In this document: one piece after another, positions 29,285 to 38,392 of the stretch | Layout: the number at the start of each line of letters is the position of its first letter | Numbering within the stretch: the stretch's first letter is position 1 | Source: Candidatus Latescibacterota bacterium | GTDB lineage: Bacteria; Latescibacterota; UBA2968; SICM01 | DNA: 64,000 nucleotides | Direction of reading: 5' to 3' | NCBI GenBank assembly: GCA_965217865.1 | Contig: CBDCJO010000002.1 | Coordinates: 4,224,001 to 4,288,000, forward strand | Notes under the pieces: model-generated | What the model saw: only the letters and a program-made list of their open reading frames with translations | What the model was told of the DNA's origin: nothing | Databases searched by the model: none | Translations under genes and position numbers: made by a program

Positions 29285-30442
29285 CTACCATTTGAATTTT
29301 TTCAACCCTCCCAGTATGCTGAAGACGACCACATACGGAATATACACGGCTTCCAGGAGGGGAAAATATCTCAACGTGCGGGAGGAACCCATCAGCCGCT
29401 TCGCCCGGAAAAGGAAGGCCAGGTCCACCGTGCACTTGGCCGTCATCCCGATGCCGACCGGGGTCAATATCCCCGATAAGAAAATGGCTGGAGGAATTCC
29501 AGCCAGGAGCAACAGGTGAAACAGGTATATCGCCCCCGCCAGATAAAAGATCGGCCCCCCATAGTGGCGGGCTTTGGAGGCATGTCGAGCCTTCTGATGA
29601 TAAAGATCCGTCGGGGAAATCGAACTGGGCGCGGTTGGCACAATCGTTTCCGATTCCGTGGCATAGCAGATCTTCCAGGGGGTATCCGTGGCGATCATAC
29701 GCATCAGAAGGACATCGTCACCCCCTATGATATGCCCGACTCGATCGAATCCTCCGACCGCTTCGAAGGCCGAGCGCCGATAGGCCAGGTTCCGCCCGGT
29801 GCAGGACAATGGAACACCGACCCCGATGCTCCCCGCGGCCAGTCCAGCCTTGGCCAAGGCCTCAAGCGCCAGGACCCCATAGGTCAATCCCCTCTGCGAT
29901 TCCGGAGGTGAATGACCGGCCACCATTCCGACATCGGGGTTGAAGTGTCTGACCATGCCTGCTAGCCATCCCGGGCCCGGCCTGCAATCTGAATCCGTCG
30001 TGAGTAAGATTTCCCCCCGGCTGCGGGAAATCCCGAGCGCCAGGGCATTTTTTTTCCGGCAGAAATATCCCTGCTCTTTCACCTGCAGGACCTGGACGCA
30101 GGACTGCAGACCTTCGTAGCGTCGCGCAATCTCAAGCGTACGGTCAACGGAACGGTCGTCTACCACGATCACCTCGAAGCGGTCCGCCGGGTAATCCTGT
30201 GCGATCAAGCCCTCCAGACACCAACCGATCCGGTCCTCTTCGTCCCGGGTTGCAACAACCACGGAGACGAAAGGGCCGTGCGAGGCCTTTCCCTGCTTGA
30301 GCCGGGACATCCCGAAGGCCAGTGCCAGCACTGAAAAGCAATATATCCCTCCGGAGATTCCGATCATCCAGGAAATCAACTCCAAGAGGGATATATGAAA
30401 AGGATAGCTCTCTAGAAATTGAAAAATGAAAAGGAATAACAA
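29285..30442 (-). CDS. Glycosyltransferase family 2
   Basis: VSVVVATRDEE, VDDRSVD, TDSDC, GDD; start uncertain. Confidence 0.88.
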   Translation of the reverse strand: MLFLFIFQFLESYPFHISLLELISWMIGISGGIYCFSVLALAFGMSRLKQGKASHGPFVSVVVATRDEEDRIGWCLEGLIAQDYPADRFEVIVVDDRSVDRTLEIARRYEGLQSCVQVLQVKEQGYFCRKKNALALGISRSRGEILLTTDSDCRPGPGWLAGMVRHFNPDVGMVAGHSPPESQRGLTYGVLALEALAKAGLAAGSIGVGVPLSCTGRNLAYRRSAFEAVGGFDRVGHIIGGDDVLLMRMIATDTPWKICYATESETIVPTAPSSISPTDLYHQKARHASKARHYGGPIFYLAGAIYLFHLLLLAGIPPAIFLSGILTPVGIGMTAKCTVDLAFLFRAKRLMGSSRTLRYFPLLEAVYIPYVVVFSILGGLKKFKW

Positions 30443-30526
30443 AGCTCACTCCAATTCATCACACGACCCAAGTTCCAAGTTAAACCCTTCATCCTCAACC
30501 CTTACCGTTCAACGTTTAAACCACTC

Positions 30527-31291
30527 TCATGTCTCCGACCCCTTATCTCCGATCATCTTTAAGATATCGATCGGAAGCGGGAATACGATCGTGGAGGTCT
30601 TGTCCATGGCGATCTCGGTCAGGGTCTGAAGGTATCTGAGCTGGATCGCCGCCGGGGCGCGGCCGATCACCTCCGCCGCCTGGGTCAATCGCTCTGAGGC
30701 CTGGAATTCACCTTCCGCGTGGATCACCTTGGCCCGACGTTCCCGCTCGGCTTCAGCCTGGCGCGCAATGGCACGCCTCATCCCCTCGGGCAGGTCCACA
30801 TCCTTCACCTCCACCGCCGATACCTTGACCCCCCACGGTGCGGTCCGTTCGTCGATGATCCGCTGAAGCTGCTGATTGATCAGCTCCCTGCTTGCCAGCA
30901 GATCGTCAAGTTCGTGTTCCCCCAGTACGCTCCGGAGGGTCGTCTGCGCCATCTGGGACGTCGCAAAGAAGTAGTCCTCCACGTTCACCACCGCGTCCTC
31001 CGCCTTTATCACCCGGAAGTATAACACCGCGTTCACCTTGATCGAGACATTGTCCTTGGTGATCACATCCTGAGGGGGCACATCCATTGCGAGCACCCGC
31101 AGGCTGACCCGGACCATCCGGTCAACGATCGGGATCAGAAGGATCAGACCCGGTCCCTTTTCCCTGAGGAGTCGACCCAGGCGAAAGATGACCCCGCGTT
31201 CGTATTCCCGAAGCACTTTGATCGCATTCGCGAGGATCATCACGGCAATCGTCAGTATGACGATGAATCCTGGAATCCAAGACGGTATCAT
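30527..31291 (-). CDS. SPFH/stomatin (slipin) protein
   Basis: [41 protein letters not shown]. Confidence 0.95.
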   Translation of the reverse strand: MIPSWIPGFIVILTIAVMILANAIKVLREYERGVIFRLGRLLREKGPGLILLIPIVDRMVRVSLRVLAMDVPPQDVITKDNVSIKVNAVLYFRVIKAEDAVVNVEDYFFATSQMAQTTLRSVLGEHELDDLLASRELINQQLQRIIDERTAPWGVKVSAVEVKDVDLPEGMRRAIARQAEAERERRAKVIHAEGEFQASERLTQAAEVIGRAPAAIQLRYLQTLTEIAMDKTSTIVFPLPIDILKMIGDKGSET

Positions 31292-31360
31292 ATCGAGTTC
31301 CTTTCGGGAAAAAGATAGAAATGGATCGAAATTTATTCGTTTAAATTCAGCAGATCTTTC

Positions 31361-32650
31361 TTAAACCCTTTCCACCGTAAGCGTCGAGCCATCCACAGCC
31401 TTGACTCGGACCTTCGAACCTGACTCCAACATCTCTTCCGAAACGGCATTCCAGTACTCCCCGTGCACGACGACCATGCCCTCCTCGTGGACGGCTGTGC
31501 GGGTTTTGCCGATCTTCCCCACCATGTCGTCCACACCGGTCACGGGTTTGCGTTTCTGGGCCCGGACTCCAAGCCCCAACGCAACCAGAATGAAAACCGC
31601 GGTACCGGCCACAGCAGGGACAATCACCGCCCAGGAGACCCGAAGGAACGGCTCCGGCGACTCAAACAGCATTGCGGATCCCAGGCCCATGGCCACGACC
31701 CCACCGATGGTTAGCGCCCCGTGCGATACGATCTGTACCTCCAGGATCAACATCACAACCCCGACGATAATCAGGATAAGCCCCGCATAGTTGATCGAAA
31801 GGGTCTGAAAAGAGAAGAACGCCAGGATGATACAGATGCTGCCGATCACACCCGGAAAGATCGATCCCGGGCTGTAGATCTCGAACAGGAGTCCGTAGAA
31901 TCCAAGCATCATCAAGACGTAGGCGACATTCGGGTCGGAAAGGGTGGCCAGAAACCGCTGCCGCAAACCCATCCGTCTGGTCACGACTTCCAGCCCGCTC
32001 GTCTTCATCTCCTTCTCGCCGGACGGCAGCTCCACCCGGCGGCCGTTCAGCGAATCGACAAGGGCGTCCACAGACCGGCAGACCAGATCGATCACGTTTT
32101 GCTCCAGGGCTTCCCCCTCTGTGGAGGAAATGCTCTTCCGGACCGCATCTTCTGCCCACGCCACGTTTCGGCCCCGCTTTTCCGCGATGCTCCGGATATA
32201 AGCTGCCGCGTCGTTGGCCACCTTGTCGGCCATCGTGCTGTCCATCTGACCGCCGATCTTGACCGGGTGCGCGGCCCCGATGTTCGTGCCGGGAGCCATC
32301 GCGGCCACGTGAGCCGCGAGCGTGATGAATGCCCCGGCTGAAGCCGCCCGGGATCCCGCCGGCGCGACATAGACCACCACCGGAACATCGGAAGCCAGCA
32401 TCTCCTTCACGATCGTCCGCATAGAGGCATCCAACCCTCCGGGTGTGTCGAGCTGGATGATCAGGCATTCCGATTCGTTTTCATTCGCTTCTTGGAGGGC
32501 CTCGACAAGGTACTCCGCGACGACGGGTCCGATCGCTCCCTCGACCTCTGCAAGCTGAATCTTTTTTTCAGCCGCTACTTGGCCGGGATAGCCCAGAATA
32601 CAGACCGAAATGGCAGCAATAATCCGAAATTTTATATCCATTTGATACAT
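31361..32650 (-). CDS. nfeD: NfeD-family membrane-bound serine protease
   Basis: LDTPGGL, AASAG, GAAHPV; C-terminal OB-fold GEYWNA. Confidence 0.92.
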   Translation of the reverse strand: MYQMDIKFRIIAAISVCILGYPGQVAAEKKIQLAEVEGAIGPVVAEYLVEALQEANENESECLIIQLDTPGGLDASMRTIVKEMLASDVPVVVYVAPAGSRAASAGAFITLAAHVAAMAPGTNIGAAHPVKIGGQMDSTMADKVANDAAAYIRSIAEKRGRNVAWAEDAVRKSISSTEGEALEQNVIDLVCRSVDALVDSLNGRRVELPSGEKEMKTSGLEVVTRRMGLRQRFLATLSDPNVAYVLMMLGFYGLLFEIYSPGSIFPGVIGSICIILAFFSFQTLSINYAGLILIIVGVVMLILEVQIVSHGALTIGGVVAMGLGSAMLFESPEPFLRVSWAVIVPAVAGTAVFILVALGLGVRAQKRKPVTGVDDMVGKIGKTRTAVHEEGMVVVHGEYWNAVSEEMLESGSKVRVKAVDGSTLTVERV

Positions 32651-32846
32651 AGTATGCTATATTCTTGCCCGGATGCAAGAACTATTTTAGCTTTGCCTCG
32701 AGGCGTTTCCAGGTAAGCGATACGCCGTTCCCTTCCGATCGAATTTTTTCGTAGATACGGTTTTTTCTTGACATACCGGGGATTTGAAATGGTCGAGGTT
32801 AACGATCAGCAAGCGCGAGCCTTCAACGAAACCGCGGAGACCTGCG

Positions 32847-33989
32847 ATGTCCGATAAACCCGTACTGATCATCGACGGCCATCTGGATATGGCCTACAAC
32901 GCACTTTTTCATCGACGCGATTTGACTCAACCCGTCCACGTCCTTCGGGAACGGGAAGACGGCGTCACGGGCCCGGCCTCATCACACCCCGATTCCCTGG
33001 AACGGCGCCGGGGTCCGGACCCTCCAGGGAGGGGGACCGTCACGGTTTCTCTTCCCGAAATGCGTCGGGGTCGCGTCGGTATCATGTTATCGACTATTAT
33101 GGCCAGGGTGCAAGCCCCTGGTCCGAAGTCACACAATGCCGTGCGAACCCAGGCCGCCGCCTACGCGAGTGGACAATCGCATCTTGCGTATTACCGGGCC
33201 CTTGAACGCCAGGGGGAGATCACTTGGATCAAGACCCTGGAGGCCCTTGATGCTTGCGTTGAAGCCTGGGAAGTCCCTAACCCCCGGACGCCCGTCGGAC
33301 TGATCCTTTCGATGGAGAGCGCGGATCCCATCCTTGGGCCGGACCAGGTGCAGACATGGTGGGATGCTGGTCTCCGTTCCGTGGGGCTGACTCACTTCGG
33401 TGCGAATACTTGGGGTCACGGGACCGGAACGGTTGGGGGACTTTATGCCCCGGCCTATCCATTGATGGACGCTTTGAGACAAGCCGGCATGGTGCTCGAT
33501 CTGACCCACGCTTCGGACTTGACGTTTTGGCAGATCCTGGACCACTGGGGAGGACCGGTCCACGCGAGCCACTGCAACTGCCGGGCCATGGTCCCGGGGC
33601 AACGGCACCTGAGCGATGACATGATCAAAGCCATCATCGATCGCAACGGCGTCATCGGTTCCGTCTTCGCGGAGCAGATGCTTAATCCCGAGTGGGACTG
33701 GGACAATCCCATGACCCACCGTAAAACCGCCACGCGAACGATGTCTGCGGTGGTGGATCACATCGATCACATCTGTCAGCTCGCGGGCAACTGCGACCAC
33801 GTGGCCTTCGGAACGGATCTGGATGGAGGATTCGGTCGGGAACTCTCCCCGATAGACTACGACACGATCGCGGACTTGCAAAGGTTCCCTGATATCCTGA
33901 GGCGCCGCGGATTCAGCGAAGAGGATGTGGCAAAGATCGCAAACGGCAACCTGCTCCGGTTCTTCAGAAATGCATGGAGGGCGAACTGA
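32847..33989 (+). CDS. Membrane dipeptidase (peptidase M19)
   Basis: IDGHLD, MESAD, SHCNCR, GTDLDGG. Confidence 0.9.
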   Translation: MSDKPVLIIDGHLDMAYNALFHRRDLTQPVHVLREREDGVTGPASSHPDSLERRRGPDPPGRGTVTVSLPEMRRGRVGIMLSTIMARVQAPGPKSHNAVRTQAAAYASGQSHLAYYRALERQGEITWIKTLEALDACVEAWEVPNPRTPVGLILSMESADPILGPDQVQTWWDAGLRSVGLTHFGANTWGHGTGTVGGLYAPAYPLMDALRQAGMVLDLTHASDLTFWQILDHWGGPVHASHCNCRAMVPGQRHLSDDMIKAIIDRNGVIGSVFAEQMLNPEWDWDNPMTHRKTATRTMSAVVDHIDHICQLAGNCDHVAFGTDLDGGFGRELSPIDYDTIADLQRFPDILRRRGFSEEDVAKIANGNLLRFFRNAWRAN

Positions 33990-35083
33990 TGTCCGATAAA
34001 CCGTTCCTTATCGTGGATAGCCACCTGGACCTGGCCTTCAACGCCCTCCAGGTCAACAGGGACCTGACCCAGCCCGCGGCCACCGTCCGGGTGCACGACC
34101 CCGAGCCGGTCATGCGGAGCTACGGCAGCTGTACGGTCACCTTCCCCGCACTGCGACGTGGGAACGTCGGGATCGTGTTCGGCACGGTCATGTCCCGCCT
34201 GGACCCCAACGATCTATGGACCCGGACCGGAATGTATACCCAATCGCAATGCCACGGGATCGGACGCGGCCATCAGGCCTATTACCAGGCCCTTGCCCGT
34301 GAGGGCATCGTCCGGTTGATCAAAAACCGAGCCGATCTGGATGAAGCGGAAAAGGCCTGGGAAGACCCCCACGGGGACAGCCCGATCGGCCTGGTTCTCG
34401 CTATGGAGAGTGCGGATCCGATCATGGGTCCTGACCAGGTCCAGGAATGGTTTGACTTGGGCCTCAGGATGGTCAGCCTCTCCCATTACGGTACCAGTGC
34501 CTACTCGCACGGAACAGGGACCGAGGGAGGACTCCTGCCCACGGCAAAACCGCTCCTAGATGCTCTGGGGTCAGCCGGGATCATCGTGGACATGACGCAC
34601 CTGACGGACCAGGCCTTCTGGGAGCTCCTGGATATCTACAACGGTCCTGTGGTCGCCTCGCACCACAACTGCCGGACCTTGGTGCCCGGACAGCGGCAGT
34701 TGACCGATGAGATGATCAGAGCGATTGTCGAGCGGAATGGCGTGATCGGTGCGGCTTTTGATGTCTGGATGCTGGATCCCGACTGGCAGCGGGAGGTCCG
34801 GGCTTACGAACAGCAGACGCACGCGACACTCGAGACGGTCGCGGACCAGGTGGATTACATCTCTCAGCTGATCGGCAACGCCCGTCATTCGGGAATCGGC
34901 ACGGACCTGGACGGTGGCTTCGGGGCGGAGCAAACCCCGCGGGACCTGAACACGATCGCTGATCTGCAAAGACTCAGAGGGATCTTTGAACGGAGGGGTT
35001 ATCCTGAAAAAGACGTTCGGGGAATCCTTTCAGGAAACTGGATCCGCTTCCTGAAAGAGACCTGGGGCAGGCCAGGGTTATAA
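33989..35083 (+). CDS. Membrane dipeptidase (peptidase M19), paralog
   Basis: VDSHLD, MESAD, SHHNCR, GTDLDGG; TGATG translational coupling. Confidence 0.9.
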   Translation: MSDKPFLIVDSHLDLAFNALQVNRDLTQPAATVRVHDPEPVMRSYGSCTVTFPALRRGNVGIVFGTVMSRLDPNDLWTRTGMYTQSQCHGIGRGHQAYYQALAREGIVRLIKNRADLDEAEKAWEDPHGDSPIGLVLAMESADPIMGPDQVQEWFDLGLRMVSLSHYGTSAYSHGTGTEGGLLPTAKPLLDALGSAGIIVDMTHLTDQAFWELLDIYNGPVVASHHNCRTLVPGQRQLTDEMIRAIVERNGVIGAAFDVWMLDPDWQREVRAYEQQTHATLETVADQVDYISQLIGNARHSGIGTDLDGGFGAEQTPRDLNTIADLQRLRGIFERRGYPEKDVRGILSGNWIRFLKETWGRPGL

Positions 35084-35097
35084 TTGAGGGTTCTTCA

Positions 35098-35466
35098 ATG
35101 AATCTTGATATCTTGATCGATGCGGGAGGCTGGATAGGTGCGATTTTGATTCTCATAGCCTATTTCCTGGTCTCTACAAGAAAACTCACCGGAGACGCCA
35201 CCACCTACCAGTTGATGAACCTCGTCGGCGGATCGTTCTTGGTGATCAATACAATCTACTATGGCGCCTATCCTTCTTCAGGCGTAAATCTGGTCTGGAT
35301 CGGGATCGCCGCTTATACCATGATAAAAACTAAGACCGCCTTAGAGCAGCCATTGGAGTTACCCCGGTTTAGCGGACGGTTTATCAGTTGCGATTCATTC
35401 GGCTTCATGGGCAACAGCGCTGGAGGTCTGCTCAAAGTTCATGGGAGAGAGATATCCGAGTGCTGA
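35098..35466 (+). CDS. Small membrane protein (CBU_0592-like); C-terminus altered by the IS3 insertion
   Basis: GWIGAILILIAY..YQLMNLVG..NLVWIGIA; without the IS the frame would end EQPLR-stop. Confidence 0.7.
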   Translation: MNLDILIDAGGWIGAILILIAYFLVSTRKLTGDATTYQLMNLVGGSFLVINTIYYGAYPSSGVNLVWIGIAAYTMIKTKTALEQPLELPRFSGRFISCDSFGFMGNSAGGLLKVHGREISEC

Positions 35467-36255
35467 GTGTCGCCGATGGGAGTTGTACCAGCCCTCGATG
35501 TATTGAAATACGGACATCCGAGCTTCGGCCTGTGTGCGGTAGTTTCGGCGATCCAGGCGTTCGCATTCGAGCGTGGCGAAGAAGCTCTCGCATAACGCGT
35601 TGTCGTAGCAGTCACCGGTGGAGCCCATAGAGGGCCGGACACCGGCCTTGCGGCACCGTAGACCGAAGGCAATGGAGGTGTACTGACATCCCTGGTCGGA
35701 GTGATGGATGACGGCTTCCGGCTGTCGTTGCCAGAGCGCCATATTCAACGCCTCGGTCACCAGCTCGCCGCGCAGATGGGTCGCCATCGCCCAGCCAACG
35801 ACGCGGCGGCTCCAGGCGTCCACAACGACCGCGAGATACAGGAAGCCGGCCCACGTACTGATGTAAGTGATGTCGGCTACCCAGAGCTGGTCTGGCCCGT
35901 TAGCCGTGAAATCTCGATTGACCAGGTCAGCAGCGACGCGCCCATCGCGATCACGGTAGGTGGTTCGATGCCGTTTGCGACGACTTACGCCCTCCAGGCC
36001 TGCAGCACGCATCAACCGCGCAACGCGCTTGCGACCGATCCGCTCCCCCTCGGCTACAAGCTCCTCGTATATGCGCGGGACACCGTAGGTGCCATCAGAA
36101 CACTTGTGAATCTTCACGATCCGTTCCGTCAGAGCCACATCGGCCTGCGCTCGTGCCGACAGCGGCCGCTTGAGCCACGCGTAGTACCCACTGGTGGAGA
36201 CTTCCAGGACCCGGCACATCGTGGCTACTTTATAGAAGGCCTGATTGGCTTTCAC
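35395..36255 (-). CDS. IS3 transposase OrfB (DDE)
   Basis: WVADITY, HHSDQG, DNALCESFF. Confidence 0.95.
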   Translation of the reverse strand: MKANQAFYKVATMCRVLEVSTSGYYAWLKRPLSARAQADVALTERIVKIHKCSDGTYGVPRIYEELVAEGERIGRKRVARLMRAAGLEGVSRRKRHRTTYRDRDGRVAADLVNRDFTANGPDQLWVADITYISTWAGFLYLAVVVDAWSRRVVGWAMATHLRGELVTEALNMALWQRQPEAVIHHSDQGCQYTSIAFGLRCRKAGVRPSMGSTGDCYDNALCESFFATLECERLDRRNYRTQAEARMSVFQYIEGWYNSHRRHSALGYLSPMNFEQTSSAVAHEAE

Positions 36256-36566
36256 GAACTCGTAGACTCCCCTGGCACCGAGTTGGTCTCCCGAGCGAAC
36301 CAGGCCGCGGCTTTTGCAAGGATCTCCCGCTCCTGTCGCAACTGCCTATTCTCGCGGCGCAGTCGTCTGATCTCCTCCCGCTCCTCGGTGATCAGACCGT
36401 CACTGCGGAGGCCCTCATCCAGATCGGCCTGCCGCATCCAGATCCGGATCGCCTGGGCCGACGGCTCGAACTCACGGGACAACTCATGGGGCGTGCGACC
36501 CGCTCGCACCAGTTCTACAATCTGCCGCTTGAACTCCGGTGGATACGGCGAATGTGACCTCGGCAT
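36252..36566 (-). CDS. IS3 transposase OrfA (HTH)
   Basis: YPPEFKRQIVEL..EIRRLRRENRQLRQEREILAKAAAWF; GTGA overlap with OrfB. Confidence 0.9.
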   Translation of the reverse strand: MPRSHSPYPPEFKRQIVELVRAGRTPHELSREFEPSAQAIRIWMRQADLDEGLRSDGLITEEREEIRRLRRENRQLRQEREILAKAAAWFARETNSVPGESTSS

Positions 36567-36657
36567 CGTAGCATCCTCCTTTCTGCCAAGTAATAAGGTA
36601 TCCACGAAACCGGGTCAAGTCCACCATTGAGATAAAGGTTCCTCCCTTCTCCGTGTC

Positions 36658-36804
36658 TGTCTTTGCTTTCCTGCCACTGCCACTGCTACTTGCTTTTCTT
36701 TCCTGCCACTGCCACTTGCTTTTCTTTCCTGCCACTGCTACTTGCTTTGCTTTCCTGCCACTGCTACTTGCTTTGCTTTCCTGCCACCGCTACTGCCACC
36801 TGCC
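36658..36804. repeat. Degenerate tandem repeat of TTTCCTGCCACTGC(T/C)ACTTGC units
   Basis: About five units of ~24-30 bp. Confidence 0.85.
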
Positions 36805-36898
36805 TGACTCACGCATCGGCCGATCCATAACCTGTTCCCGAGGTGTCGATATTTTCGCTTGGGGAGGCGTGCCTTCGGCCATCTACATTCACCCCGAC

Positions 36899-37192
36899 TC
36901 AGGGGAGGGAACCGATAATTTTTCGATATTCGTCTTCCGTGAACGCTCTGAGCGTCTCAGTGCGAACCGCGCCGCGTCCGCCGATCTCCAGGGCGAGTCG
37001 TGCGACCGTCTCGTCATCCGGAGCCTCTGCAATTCCTACCATGTCACAACGACCCATCGTCATGTAGAAATCCTTGAGCTCCCCTCCCGCTTCTCGAAAG
37101 TCCTGTCTTGCCGAATCGAGCCGGTTGGGACTCTCTTTTGCCTTTCGGATGCCTTCCTGGGTCCAGTTTAACAGCATGATGTAAGTGGGCAT
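36899..37192 (-). CDS. GYD domain protein
   Basis: MPTYIMLLNWTQEG..YMTMGRCD..EAPDD..VRTETLRAF. Confidence 0.88.
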   Translation of the reverse strand: MPTYIMLLNWTQEGIRKAKESPNRLDSARQDFREAGGELKDFYMTMGRCDMVGIAEAPDDETVARLALEIGGRGAVRTETLRAFTEDEYRKIIGSLP

Positions 37193-37414
37193 TCTCCATC
37201 CCTCCTTTCCTTTATTCTGCACGCCTCCCACAAGCGCAAAATGCGGAGTACCACGACGGATGTCAATTGAGAAAATGGACTTGCGATCGTTTTGACCTCC
37301 TCAAAACCATTGACATCCCTACCCCCATCCGGTATTATAAAAAGGGAACGAAAAAATAATGGAGAAACGCCAATCCCGGAATCAGGATTCACGACTCACA
37401 CCAGACGAGATGCC

Positions 37415-38242
37415 ATGCCGAAACGAAAACACCCGACAAAGGCCTATAAAAATTTCGACTTTCTGATGGGTCACGATGCCCGCCCCGTCCGGATCCTCTC
37501 CGAACTTTTCGAGCCACTCAGCAGATTTAGTCAGCACCGGGTTAGGGACACGGTCGTCTTCTTTGGCTCTGCACGCATGAAGTCGATGTCCGATGCCCGT
37601 AAGAGGGTTCGAGCGATCACCCGAAAAATCAAAGAGCACAAGAGGACATCCACTTCCATGCAGTCGGAGATGGAGGCTGCAGAACGTTCCGTCGAACTCG
37701 CCCGTTATTACGAAGATGCGGTAGAACTGGCACGGATGATCACCGAGTGGTCGAATACCCTCGGGGGGGAAAAGCGATTCATCGTCTGTTCAGGCGGGGG
37801 AGGAGGCATTATGGAGGCTGCCAATCGTGGGGCCGCACTCGCGAATGGTCCTTCCATAGGCCTGAACATAAGTTTGCCTTCTGAGCAGGACTCAAACCCG
37901 TATATCTCCGATGAACTCAACTTCGAATTCCACTACTTTTTCATGCGGAAATTCTGGTTTTCCTACCTCGCCAAGGGGATGATCGTCTTCCCAGGGGGCT
38001 ACGGAACGATGGACGAACTCTTTGAACTGCTGACCCTCATTCAGACCCGTAAAATCCTCAAACCCCTCCCCATCATCGTCTATGGGAGGGCATATTGGGA
38101 GGAGGTCGTCAATTTTGACGCCCTCGTTCGGTGGGAGACCATATCCGGGGATGATCTGAATCTTTTCAAGTTCGCCGATACGCCAGAAGAGGCGTTTACA
38201 TACCTTCGTGAGGAACTTGAGAGATCTTATCTTAAAAAATAG
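37415..38242 (+). CDS. LOG-family (lysine decarboxylase-like) nucleotide-binding protein
   Basis: FFGSAR, GGGGGIMEAANRGA, FHYFFMRKFWF, PGGYGTMDE. Confidence 0.92.
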   Translation: MPKRKHPTKAYKNFDFLMGHDARPVRILSELFEPLSRFSQHRVRDTVVFFGSARMKSMSDARKRVRAITRKIKEHKRTSTSMQSEMEAAERSVELARYYEDAVELARMITEWSNTLGGEKRFIVCSGGGGGIMEAANRGAALANGPSIGLNISLPSEQDSNPYISDELNFEFHYFFMRKFWFSYLAKGMIVFPGGYGTMDELFELLTLIQTRKILKPLPIIVYGRAYWEEVVNFDALVRWETISGDDLNLFKFADTPEEAFTYLREELERSYLKK

Positions 38243-38392
38243 GGGGCGAAAACGAAAATAAAAAATATCTGTGCACGGAGGTGCGGAAGTGGAAGGCCCG
38301 TATTTCCATACTTCTACACCGCCAAACTCTTTTGTCCGTTTCCCCCCTCCTTTGGATCTCCCCTCAAACACTTTTCCGTATAAAGGCTTCCC

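Larger units (their letters stand above)
35354..36623 (-). mobile_element. IS3-family insertion sequence
   Basis: TG...CA ends with imperfect IRs TGGAGTTACCCCGGTTT / AAACCGGGTCAAGTCCA; 4-bp TSD CCAT. Confidence 0.95.
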
